The notes under the pieces: generated by a model
What the model saw: the letters and a program-made list of their open reading frames with translations, nothing else
What the model was told of the DNA's origin: nothing
Databases searched by the model: none
In this document: in pieces, positions 37,370-49,232 of the stretch
Layout of the letters: the number at the start of each line of letters is the position of its first letter
Position numbering within the stretch: position 1 is the stretch's first letter
From: Octopus vulgaris
Taxonomy: Eukaryota
Reading direction: 5' to 3'
Length of the DNA: 64,000 nt
NCBI GenBank assembly: GCA_951406725.2
Contig: OX597823.1
Location: forward strand, 83,142,001 to 83,206,000
Made by a program: the position numbers and the translations under genes

Positions 37370-37931
37370 CTTACAGGTAAAGGGCATCAATATTTATCCT
37401 TAAGCAAGAGAAGTCCGAATAAAATTTTATCATTATGTCATGAATTTGGGATCCCAACGTTTCAAAATTTATTTGGAACAAAAACATTACTTAGAAATAA
37501 TATATTTCTAAATTTCTCAGAGAGATTTATGCAGTAGCAGTACGATAAACTGATAGCATGTTGTCAACTTAATGTGACAGTCTCATGAAAGGGAAGAATG
37601 CTACTGTTATTTAGCCCTAAGAAATACCTGGGAAATTTAGAAATATATTATTTCTATTTTCAAAAATCAGTGACTGTATTTCACTTGTAATATATACGTT
37701 TTCAAAGGCAGATAGGCATCGGCAGCTAGCAAGCTACTCCAGACTGATGATGAGCAATTACTCTGAAACTAGTCTCTGGGTGCTGGGTGGAGATGCTTGT
37801 CTCTACTTTGAAAACGTAAGGACACAGAACATGTGTCAAGTCCAACAGGAAACGGTGTTTCCTAGGGCTAAATAACAGTAGCGTTCTTCCCTTTTATGTG
37901 ACTGTCACATTAAGTTGACAACATGCTATCA
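37370..37931. mobile_element. Penelope-like inverted terminal-repeat structure
   Basis: 78-bp inverted repeats at 37551-37628 and 37854-37931 (~5 mismatches) enclosing a hammerhead motif. Confidence 0.7.
37739..37779 (+). ncRNA. Minimal type I hammerhead ribozyme
   Basis: CCAGA-CTGATGA-T GAG CAATTA CTC T-GAAA-CTAG-TC-TCTGG: full core, GUC cleavage triplet, palindromic stem III, one mismatch at the base of stem II. Confidence 0.7.
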
Positions 37932-37944
37932 AAACATTACTTGT

Positions 37945-38335
37945 ATAAGTGTGGCTGTGTGGTAAGAAGCTTGCTTCCCAACCACATGGTTCCGGATTCA
38001 CTTCCACTGCGTGGAACTTTGGGCAGGTGTCTTCTACTATAGCCGCAAGTTGTGAGTGGATTTGGTAACCGGAAACTGAAAGAAGCCTGTCGTATGTGTG
38101 TGTGTATGTGTGTATGTGTGTGTATGTTGTGTTCGTGTTTGTCTCCTTATCACCGTTTGACAACCAGTGTTCGTATATTTACGTCCCCGTAATCTAGCGA
38201 TTAGGCAAAAGTACGGATAGAATAAGTACTAGGCTTAAAGAAAAAAAATAAAATGCGGTCGAGGTGTTTGACTTAAACCCTTCAAGGCGATGCTCCAGCA
38301 TGGCTGCAGTCAAATGATGGAAACAAGTAAAAGAA
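37945..38335 (+). mobile_element. SINE group B
   Basis: GTGGCTGTGTGGTAAGAAGCTTGC...GAAACAAGTAAAAGA. Confidence 0.8.
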
Positions 38336-38409
38336 TTCCCGTTTAGTTTATCGTGTCATGTTTTGTCAATCGTCTTCTCTGGGTTTCTAAGTAAATAATT
38401 ATGTTTATT

Positions 38410-38860
38410 CTTTCACTAGTTTCAGTCATTGGGCAGCAGTCATGATGGGGCACGCCTCGCATTGAAGGAGTTGGGGGTCGGACAAATCGAACCCAGTATC
38501 TATTTATTTTTAAAGACAGTTACTTATTCTAAAGCCCCTTTTTGCCAAACTGCTAAGTTACGAGAACGTAAACGAACTAACATCTGTTGTCAAGTGGTGG
38601 ACGGCGTGTGGCAAACACAGACACAAAGACAACACACATGCATATATATATATGTTTGTTTGTTTGTTTTCGTTCGGTTTCCCTATATGTCTCCATTGTC
38701 CTGTTTTTGTTCCTAACTTTGACCCCCCCATAAATCCAAAATTTTATGTCCCTAGGCATAAGTGGACTCGAGGTCATTTTCCCAGTGAGCTGCCTAACGG
38801 GATTGAACAACGAACCAAATTGCTTCAAATGGGACTTCTTAACCACACATCCAGGCCTAT
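38410..38860 (-). mobile_element. SINE group B, diverged
   Basis: TTTCAGTCATTGG...GCTAAGTTACG...TTAACCACACA. Confidence 0.6.
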
Positions 38861-38919
38861 GTAATAATAAACGATGCATATTTTTGTTGGTTAACATATT
38901 CAGGAGGACTTGTCCAAAC

Positions 38920-39350
38920 ACTTTCTACTATAGGCACAAGGCCTGAAATATTGGTGGGGAGGGGCTACATCAGTGCTCAGCTAGCTCTTATTTTATCGAA
39001 TCAGAAACAATGAAAAGCAAAGGCAACCTCGACCGAGTTTGAACTCGGAGCGTTAAGCCAGAAGAAATGCTGCTAAGCATTTAATCCGGAATGGTAATGA
39101 TTCTGTTAGTCCTCATCATTAGGTTGTCACAGAATAATCCTTTCTACTACAGGTTCAAGGCCTGAAATTTGAGGGGAGTGAGTGAGTTGATTATATCGGT
39201 ACCTTTGCGGAACTGGTACTTATTTAATCGACACCGAATGGATGAATGGTAAGAACGACCTCGACGGAATTTGAACTCAGAACATAAAGACGGGCGAAGT
39301 ACCACTAAGCATTTTGCCTGGCGTGCTAATGATTCTGCCAGCACGCCGCC
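38920..39350 (-). mobile_element. Two tandem group C SINEs
   Basis: CTTTCTACTA.AGG..CAAGGCCTGAAAT occurs twice, each followed by the Deu-like domain. Confidence 0.75.
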
Positions 39351-39497
39351 ATGGGGTGTCACATAATAATGGAACGTATTTTATTTGTAATTTCGAAGAA
39401 CCACGGTACTCAGCAAAATAAACGTGTTCTTCCCTATTGTAGTTACTTTCGTTTCAAATGTGTCTCCATTATTACGAGACACCCTGTATGCATGTAA

Positions 39498-39529
<32 letters not shown>

Positions 39530-39677
39530 CTATCTATGTATCTATGTATGTATGTGTGTATGTATGTGCATGTATGTATGTGTGTATATATGTACGTACG
39601 TATGTATGTATGTATGTATGTATGTATGTATGTATATACGTATGTAAGTACATACACAAACATATATATATACATAC

Positions 39678-39737
<60 letters not shown>

Positions 39738-40419
39738 TGACGATGAATAAAGGATGCAATACAAATTTGGAAAGCGATTTACTTTACGGTAAGTGACTAT
39801 TTCAATACAAATCAATCGACATCTAGTCTCCGCCATTTGCAAGGAACTAATAGAAAAGTCTCCAATAGACTTAATTACTTATTCAGTGTTGTACATTGTA
39901 TCCTACATATCGTTACACAAGGTTTGAAACAGAGGGAGAGAGAGGCGGGGAAAGAATGACAGAAATTGGAAGAGAGAGCGACAGAGATAGAGAGAGAGAA
40001 TGAAGTTTACAAAGGCCTTTCATTTTATTTTAAGCAAATCCCTCGTGTTGGTCGTACGTCATATATCAAACAGCCAAGTAGACGGCAACATACGGTAAAA
40101 GCTTTGAATGCAACCATCGCCATGATCGGATGTGTCCGTTGCTCTTCGTTGAGTTTGCAGTGTCTGTTGCGTATCGATTAATGCCACGTTGTCCGTGAAG
40201 TGATAACTATCTAGTAAATACATTTATATATTTATTTATGTAAATATTTCATTTGATAAATATTAATATACACGCACATCTAACAAAATACATTTTTTTA
40301 CATATTTGCACTTGATAAATATTTGAATATGTACACACATGCTCACAAAAACACGCACCTCCTTAAACATACATCTGAAAATATACATAAATACATACAT
40401 ACACATATACATACATACA

Positions 40420-40453
<34 letters not shown>

Positions 40454-40784
40454 CATACATACATACATACATACATACATAAGCAACGAACGACTTAGCT
40501 TCTTTTTCTTTCCTCTCTTTCCCTTCAACTAATTATATCAAAGCGCTACAGTTGCATTCCCTCTACCTCACGTCATGGACGCTGCTCTTCCTCTCTTTTT
40601 CTAATCATGTGAAAGCGTTACCAACGGGCTAAGTAACGGAATGACAAGCAGAATTATTATGAGATGCACGGAGAGAAAGAGCTAACAACAAAGCTATTAG
40701 CCGATCACTCAATCGGCAAATCTCACTTAGCAGTCATTTCTCCTCACGCTGCATCCTACAGCTTTCTCTTCACATGAATATCAC

Positions 40785-41307
40785 TGGCATCCTGTCGGTT
40801 ACGAGGTAATGTGTTCCGGTTGATCCAATCAACGGATCAGCCTGCTGTTCGTGAAAATAACATGCAAGTGGCTGAGTACTCCACAGACACAAGTGGCCTT
40901 AACGCAGTTCTCACAGAAATTCAGCATGACAGAGAATGGGACAAGTTTGGCTCTTTGAATTATATGCCAGCTGAGTGGACGGGAGCAACGTGAAATAAAA
41001 TGCCTTGCTCAAGGATACGAAACACGCCGCCGGGAATCCGAGCTTACAATTATGAGTCAGCCGTTCGAGAATTTGGACCTGGAAATTTCGATTTCCAGCG
41101 ACTTCGAGGGCCACCTCCCAGTGGTGTCGGGCGTCAACGAAGAGCCCTCGACTACAACAAGACAACCAAAGTTTTTTTTCCAAAGTCTGGGGTCTCCCGC
41201 CCCTAAGCCCTAGGCCATCACCTAATCACCCTTACTCGTCTTGTTGCTTAACAAAAACCACAACAACAATTATGAGCCAAGTAACCCCTAACCACTAAGC
41301 CACGCGC
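40785..41307 (-). mobile_element. Group A SINE (tail type iii) interrupted by a ~206-bp insertion
   Basis: Homology to 15532-15720; head resumes at CCCTAACCACTAAGCCACGCGC after the insertion. Confidence 0.75.
41060..41265 (+). mobile_element. Retroposed fragment with (CAA)n-like tail and 14-bp TSD
   Basis: TSD ACAATTATGAG(T/C)CA at 41046-41059 and 41266-41279. Confidence 0.7.
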
Positions 41308-41550
41308 TTTAGTGGTTAGGCTATTCAGTCTTCTATCAGATTTCCGGCGGTATGTTTTCACCTTGAGCTGGCAAAGATGAGTTGTAAATCAAAAAACCAG
41401 CCTTGTCATATACTGTCTCAAGTTTAATCTACTTTAGAGCTACGTTCAGGGTACGTGTGTTTGTGAAATACACAGCCACTTACATGTTAATTTCACGAGC
41501 AGAATCGGATCAACTGGAACGCTCCTCGTCGTAACCGACGGAATGCCAGT
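41308..41550 (+). mobile_element. Group A SINE (tail type iii), head-to-head with previous copy
   Basis: TTAGTGGTTAGG...CAGCCACTTACATGTTAATTTCACGAGCAG...CGTCGTAACCGACGG. Confidence 0.7.
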
Positions 41551-42574
41551 TTATAATAGCCTTTGTTTTCTTATCAAACGCAGCTTGGCCATAAATGCCA
41601 TGGCTAATATATCAAGAGAAATTATTGTAAATTATTGAATGCAAAGAGGAAGATAAACTCTCGTCTATCTTTTATCTTGCTGCAATCATGGGACTGCGGC
41701 CAAGCTGGAGCACCGCTTTGAAGAGTTTGCTTGAACAAATCAACATCAATACATTTCCGTTAATAAAAGAACGGTCTTTATTCTATCAGTCTCCGTTGTT
41801 AAACACAAACATACACAGATAGATTCACACACACACACACACACACACAGACATACATACATGTGTGTGCGCGTACATGTGTGGTCTGCCTGCCTTGTCA
41901 GTGGGGTAGCATCATTCGAAAGCTACACTTCGAGGAAGTACATTGTGACCAGCGATGTATAACATTTGTTAATCTGTTGTATACAACGATACAGTAACAC
42001 ACATGGGGACACACAAAGATACACACACACACGCACACACACACACACACATACACATACACACACACACACGCACGCACACACACACACGCACACACAC
42101 ACACAACGGTCATTTACACAGTTTGTGTCTCCAAAATCCACTCACAAGCCATTCGTCGTCCCGGAGTTAAAGATACTTGCCCAAGGCGCTGCGTAGGGGA
42201 TTGAACCTGAAATCTTAACCACACGGCCATACCTACGCCTATTCGAAAATAAGAAAAAAACCTTTTTAAATAATCGCTTTCGTCTTGGTACTTGAAGAGT
42301 ACGAAACCGTGATGTTATCTACGTTGTAGCGCCCCATAGCAAAACGAGAAGTATTGTTGACATGGAAACCTTGGATTGAACACGTGACCAATACGTTTGA
42401 GTTTTAATTTCTAATTCAACGAAAATAGAGTTTTTATCTTATTAAACCGTTTCTAATGTGTCGAAATCAGCACATTACTGCGTAGTGTTATTTTCATACA
42501 ATAGCGAGGCAGTGGCGGATACTTCTCCAATTATATATATATACATGTATGTATGTGCGCATGCGTAAACATGT

Positions 42575-42610
<36 letters not shown>

Positions 42611-42682
42611 CTCTCTCTCTCTCACTCCACATATATATACATGTGTGTGAGTGTGTGTGTGTGTTTCTGTGTACCTCTCTCT

Positions 42683-42724
<42 letters not shown>

Positions 42725-42818
42725 TTGTACACACACATACACATATGAGGGAGAGAGACAGACAGCGGCAAATAGCGAGAGATAAACACGTACATAAACA
42801 CACACTCGCACGCACACA

Positions 42819-42849
<31 letters not shown>

Positions 42850-43469
42850 TCGAAGATAGATACAGAAACTGAAATTGGAAATTGATAAATTATTCTGCTC
42901 ATTAAACAATTTTGATACCATTTCTACTACACAGTCAGTCAATGTTGGAATCAATAATTTATCTAGCTTTATCGATTAGATATCAACTCAGATTTCTTCG
43001 ATAATCGTATCTCTATATATATCTCTTGCCAAGAACGAAGTGTGATGTAGGAAATTCTCGCTTTTTATTCAGTCTCAAAACCTTCCTGTTTGACCTTCTA
43101 TATTCAATTGGTTTTATTATAGTTTGGTTTTCCCTTATCAACTTGTCAATAATTAATTTATCATCTATCTTCTGCGAGGGATGGGAGCATCGTTGTGCTG
43201 TTGTTGTCTTTATTGCTTAACCCTAAGTTGGCCTTAATTGAGCAGCTGGGTGTGGTTTGAATGAGATAGCTAATGCTATCAGGCCTAGGTACGACATAGA
43301 GGTGACCCTCGTTGGGTCGTACTTTATATACATAGCATGTTCGTCCGTCGGAGCGACGAGGAATATCCAGGATGGTTCCTAATTGAGCAGCTGGGTTAGA
43401 CTTGAGAGAGATAGCTAGTGTCATCGGTCCTAGATGCGACATAGAGCTGTCCGTCATTTGATCACACAT

Positions 43470-43612
43470 ATACGTAAGAGGTGGCATCAAAAAGTTCCCA
43501 GATTAGTTTTGTGGCGCGCCAACAGATGGCAGTATACGGTTGCCTGCGCAATGAGAGCCAGCAGTGACCCCTTCATTAAGCAGTGTGCCGAGTGACATCG
43601 CTGTGTTTACTT
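43470..43612 (+). mobile_element. Mariner 5' end fragment
   Basis: GGCATCAAAAAGTTCCC TIR-like start, CGCCAACAGATGGCAG subterminal motif; truncated by a microsatellite. Confidence 0.55.
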
Positions 43613-43655
43613 CTCCTGTTTGTTCTACCAGACCTATATTTACATACATACATAC

Positions 43656-43715
<60 letters not shown>

Positions 43716-43718
<3 letters not shown>

Positions 43719-43910
43719 GCCATGATAGATCGCTAGCGACTACACATTTTTCTAGTTTCTCTCCTTGTTTATTTCTGTATTCCTGTCTGTTGAAGAGCGT
43801 AGGGTCGAAACGTAAAATACTTTCTCACTTCCCGAGCATTAAACCTAATACATCTGTCTGTTGTTTACACATCCATCACCGTCTTTTGTTTTTTTTTCTT
43901 TTGTAAATTC

Positions 43911-43916
<6 letters not shown>
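43716..43916 (+). mobile_element. Microsatellite-flanked repeat with hammerhead-like core
   Basis: (TA)n on both sides; CTGTTGA-AGAGCGTAGGGTC-GAAA-CG-TA at 43787-43814; homologous to 36125-36296. Confidence 0.55.
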
Positions 43917-43952
<36 letters not shown>

Positions 43953-43955
<3 letters not shown>

Positions 43956-44171
43956 GAGGGGGCATGAATAGTTTCTGGTATCGCGAAAGGCCTGGCTTGA
44001 GGCCCAAACATCCGAGTATTTTAGGGGTTTTTACAGGGCTTAGAAAACTGAAGGACTGCTACAATAAGTGTGTGAATCTGAGAGGGGAATATGTTGAAGG
44101 AAATCATAATTAACTGATCCTCCTGTAATTTTTTTTCACCTGAAGCCAGAACTTTTCTGCATCCCCTCCTA
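43953..44171 (+). mobile_element. Mariner-derived MITE
   Basis: TACGAGGGGG...CCCCTCCTA ends; same interior as 14933-15150. Confidence 0.8.
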
Positions 44172-44908
44172 TGTGTGTATATTTATATGTATATATATAT
44201 ATATATATATGTATGTGTATGTGTGCGTTTCTCTGTGTGTATCCCTCGCCACTGACAACAAATGCTGGGATGTTTAAGTCCCTGTAACTTAATGGCTCAG
44301 CAAAAGACCCTGCTAGAATAAGTACCAAACTTTAAAGCATAAAGTAAGGGGATCGATTTCAAGGCAGTGCCTCAGCATAACCGCACTCCTATGAGTGAGA
44401 CAAGTAAACGAATAAGTTAAAAACAAACCTGCTCACCAACTTGTAAGAGTACAAATTGAAAGGGTCAGAAACAAAATTTAGTTGACTGTAACCTTCAAAA
44501 AGTGCTCATATTTTTATCCCTAAATCAACGATCACACTGCTATCTCAAGCAGATTAAGCAACCATACAGACGCTCCCTATTGGCTTGTATTTTTGTTTAC
44601 AAGATTTAGTGCGGAAAGAAAGGGTTGTGCATACGACCCTTGCGGGTTCCCCGAGATATGTCGCAGGCGATCTTGCTGATGTTTAGACTCTCAGATGTCC
44701 TTTCACATCCTTCATTTTTTCTACTGCTACTTCCACAGCCTCTGTTTGTGGGAATTAACTAGTCTCATGCCTCTTCCAATTGGACCCTAACAAGCTAGTT
44801 GCCTCAATGCTGTGCCCTCCTCTATCCAATGCCACCAGTCCTAACCCTAACTCTTACCACTACTACCATTCTTTGTTCCTCAGAAGACGACCTTCTGGGA
44901 CTTCTTAC

Positions 44909-44994
44909 CTCGATTAGCAACACATTAATGCGAACGTTAATGGTATCAATCTCGCCGATCCCGAAAACAGGGCAAGTAAACATCAAGGGGTCAT
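44909..44994 (-). CDS. Candidate internal exon of an unidentified host gene (86 nt)
   Basis: Acceptor TTTTCCTTGCAG, donor GAG|GTAAGA, single open frame xDPLMFTCPVFGIGEIDTINVRINVLLIE in non-repetitive sequence; no recognised homology. Confidence 0.25.
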
Positions 44995-45199
44995 CTGCAA
45001 GGAAAACTGTGTCCGGGTAGGAAATTTCATAGGGGTTGACATCCGCGAAGAGGGAGGGTAGAGGGATTGAATGGATGAATACAGTGGTTAATGCAAAGTA
45101 AAGGTGGGGAGACATACCATGAAAGGGGTGAGCATAAGAGATGGGTGAGTGGGGTGGACTTACGTTAAGGGGCGTGCGACTATATAACATTAATTCAAA

Positions 45200-45232
45200 T
45201 GGATAGTAGTAGTAGTAGTAGTAGTAAATGGA

Positions 45233-45322
<90 letters not shown>

Positions 45323-45792
45323 GAGGAGGAGGAGGAGGAGGAGGAGGAGGAAGAGGTAGAAGAGAAGATTAGGAAAATATAGGAGGGGAGAAATGAGAAA
45401 GTAGGGAGAAGAAGGAGAAGGAGGAGAAGAAGGAAAAGAAGAAGAAGGGGAAGAAGAAGAAGAAGAAGGAGAAGGAGGAGGAGGAGAAGAAGAAGAAGAA
45501 GAAGAAGAAGAAGAAGGAAAAGAAGAAGAAGGAGGAGGAGGAGAAGAAGAAGAAGAAGAAGAAGAAGAAGAAGAAAAAGAAGAAAAAGGAGAAGAAGAAG
45601 AAGAAGAGGAAGAAGAAGGAGAAGAAGAAGAAGAAGAAGAAGAAGAAGAAGAAGAAGAAAAAGAGGAAGAAGAAAAAAAGAAGAAGAAGGAGAAAAAGAA
45701 GAAGAAGAAGAAGAAGAAGAAGAAGAAGAAGAAGAAGAAGAAGAAGAAGAAGAAGAAGAAGAAGAAGAAGAAGAAGAAGAAGAAGAAGAAGG
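45200..45792. repeat. Compound trinucleotide tract (TAG)n(CAG)n(GAG)n(GAA)n
   Basis: Direct inspection; about 470 bp almost purely purine on the + strand. Confidence 0.95.
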
Positions 45793-46196
45793 GCAATGAG
45801 ACACTATGTAGATGGCCTAGGGGTTGAAGTGTGTTCGTTAGAGAGACTTTGGCAAACAATCATAGATTTCTGTTTTGATGTTTGTACAGCAACAGTACCG
45901 CCGCCCCAGATGGGAGGAGGGGTGGGAGTTATTCATTATTCCTTCGTGAGTTCAATTGAGTTTATTGTGTTTTGTTTGTTGTTGAAGAGGGAAAGATGGC
46001 GAAGGAGAGCGAAAGAGAGAGAGGGGGGGACGGAGATTATTTTAGAGTGGGAGACACAGAAGGGAGTCGGATCGATCACGTGGTTTGAATTTGTAAATTT
46101 GTGCAGCAGTTTCTGAGTATTTGTGTGTGTGTGTGTCTGTATGTGCGTGTGTGTATATATGTTTATACATATATATATATATATACACATATATAC

Positions 46197-46274
<78 letters not shown>

Positions 46275-46277
46275 ATA

Positions 46278-46352
<75 letters not shown>

Positions 46353-46754
46353 TAATTCATTGTCGCCCTCTTACCCTCTCTTTCAATATTGATTATATAA
46401 CAAAAAAATGTAGTGAGGAAGAGAATTAATTGATAGATTTATACGCATATATATATATTGTGTTTGTTTGTATTGGTGTATGTATATGTATATGCATGTA
46501 CATATATATATGGGTGTGTGTGTATGAATGAATGTATGTATGTATGTATGTATTTCTAAGTATATGTAAATATATACAAAATTTAACTAGAACACAGCGT
46601 AAAACAGAATACCTGAAACATTTATAATGAATAAAATTAATGGAGTAATTCATAGTTATTTGAAACGTTTATCTGTTAAGGTTAAAGAGAGTGTAAAACC
46701 ATTTTACTGCTGTTGATATTCATGCATACATACATACATACATACATACATACA

Positions 46755-46788
<34 letters not shown>

Positions 46789-46971
46789 CATACATAAATA
46801 CATACATACATACATACATGTATACACACATATATGTATGTATATATGCATTATGTATGAATATGCATATATACAATAAGCATGTATGCATATGTACATG
46901 TGTGTATATATGCATACAAATATACATATATGTGTATATATATATATATATATGTGTATATATATATATAA

Positions 46972-47019
46972 AAAATGAACCACGCATCTATTATATTTTT
47001 CTTCTCCATTTTCTTTACT

Positions 47020-47050
<31 letters not shown>

Positions 47051-47620
47051 ATAGTATAAAAGTCAGTAAAAGAAAATGGAGAAGAAAAAATATAATAGAT
47101 GCGTGGTTCATTTTATTTGTATCACAATGGAAAAGTAATACAAATTAAAAGAGATACCAATAAGAACAAGTATAAAAAGAACTGCATCAACAAAACAACC
47201 AAGCAAATATACCCCCCAAATCCTACATATGTTTCAATATGACAGTATGTTTGAATCATCAATATTGTAACTTTAAATATGTAATAAACGATATATTGCC
47301 GAATATCTTCAGGGAAAAGTAAGTATATTTTCCGATCTTAAATTACGAAATAACTTATTTGAAAACTATGTATAGGAATTTTCAAATGCAAGCAAACAAC
47401 TTATTAGGATGTAGAGTTCATGTGATTAGAAAATTATCGTTTAAAATGTAGTTAATATTGAACGTAGAATTGCCGCTAAAACATCAAATTCATTTGAAAA
47501 ATATATCCATAATTACGTTTACATATATTTATAAAAGTTTATGTGAGTGAGATGGTGGAGACACAAATGTAAATTACCATGAGGGTTGTAAATACAAAGA
47601 ATTAAATTGAGAAATGTTAA
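46972..47620 (-). mobile_element. Penelope-like element 3' end: ORF relic, hammerhead relic and inverted terminal duplication
   Basis: Minus strand CLLAFENSYT*FSNKLFRNLRSE (47324-47398) resembles the PLE C-terminal C.LC..EK...LN.RSE motif; TTGATGA...GAAACATATGTA at 47268-47218; ~57-bp inverted repeat at 46972-47028 and 47055-47114. Confidence 0.6.
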
Positions 47621-48468
47621 TAAAGATGGGTTGAATAGTTTGTTTATATTTCTACTATGTTAATTTTTTTTATAGATACTACAGAGAAATACACGACTTG
47701 CCTAACAATCTTTTTCTAAAATTAAACAATCGCATTAAAATTTCGAAGCTACGAGATAAGGCATGTGTTCAAAGCAATGTGAATAAATATGCAGTATATT
47801 TGACAGAATAATCTCAGGTGCATCATTTCCCCATGGAACGTCATGTAATCTTAATAGCTTTTCTCAAATTACTGCTCTCTGGAACTCATTACCATTGTTT
47901 TGCTTCCACTAGACTATGATATTCAGCCTTTAAGCTTTCTATCGATTAAACATAATTTGAATTTGTAGGGCTTTTCTCTTCCGTCTTTGTAGTTCCTTAC
48001 GCCAAAAGTGACCCCAAGCCTTGTTTGGCACAAAATCGTAATTAGAAAAATGGACTGAAATTTTTAAAATATTTAGTCAGGTTCTCTTCTATTTTAAGTC
48101 AGTATCTTTGTCTTGTAGGCTTTTACCGTTTTGATAAGAAGCCAAATAACTAACGTGAAAATATGTAATGGAACTGATGATCTGACTCCAGTGAGATTTG
48201 AACACAAATTAGACAGTGATGGACCTAGATATTTTTGAGTATTGAGGTTAATACGTCATCGATTCAAGGAAATCGCCGCCCTCACCAAAAAAAGCTTCTA
48301 ATGCTGACAATAATAATAACGCTTCTCTGATTGGCACGAACCCACAAATTTGTAGCAAAGAGATTGGAAGGAGGCTGACAATTGGATTGGGCCCAAAACA
48401 TGCATGGTGCTTACTTTATCAATATACACGAGAGATGAAAGACAGTAGTAGCAGTAGTAGTAGTAGTA

Positions 48469-48504
<36 letters not shown>

Positions 48505-48974
48505 AATAATTCTCCCTGGAGTCAATATCAAAAATGTTTTTGGGACACCTCTGATGTTGGTTACTTTGCTGATATTCTGAACTAGATTCTTATCTTCGTG
48601 TTATTCGTCAACAATCGATGGCGATGCTGGCCATTGTTCAGCCGATATTTAAAGCAATTTACTGCAAATATTGACGCAGAATTATTGACTAGATTCCATC
48701 CGTAAATGTAAAACTCCAGAAAAAGAGATGAAGGAGGGTTTTTTCTTTCTTTATTTCTTTATTTATTTTGGTTCACAAATGCACGAATAGAGAAAATACT
48801 AAAGACCTACGAATTGACATCAATTTGGCAAAGAATTCTGAAGATGATTGTTGAATTATTGCACTGCAGCAAAATGATTGATCTTCCTGCAGAGTACACA
48901 GAGATTCCAGAGGGGATAAAGAGGTCATTTCTTGAGATGTTTATGGTTACTTTAAAATAAATGAATAGTAATAA

Positions 48975-49190
48975 TTATTTTTTCTACAATAGGGACTAGG
49001 CCTGAAATTTGGGGGAGAGCGCTAGTCGATTACGCCAACACCTCTGCTCATCTGGTATTTATGCTATCAATCCCGAAAGGATGAAAGGCACAGTCGAACT
49101 CGGCGGAGTTTCGAGCTCAGAAAGCAAGGACGGACGAAATGCCGCTAAGCATTTTGCCCGGGCTGCTAACGATTATCCCAGCTCACCGCT

Positions 49191-49232
<42 letters not shown>

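Noticed and set aside
40030-40200. CpG-containing unique segment, possible exon
   Set aside because: No convincing splice pair or recognisable peptide.
44822-45859. Longest ORF (345 aa, minus strand)
   Set aside because: Mostly poly-F/S/L/Y from trinucleotide tracts; only the 86-nt segment is kept as a weak exon candidate.
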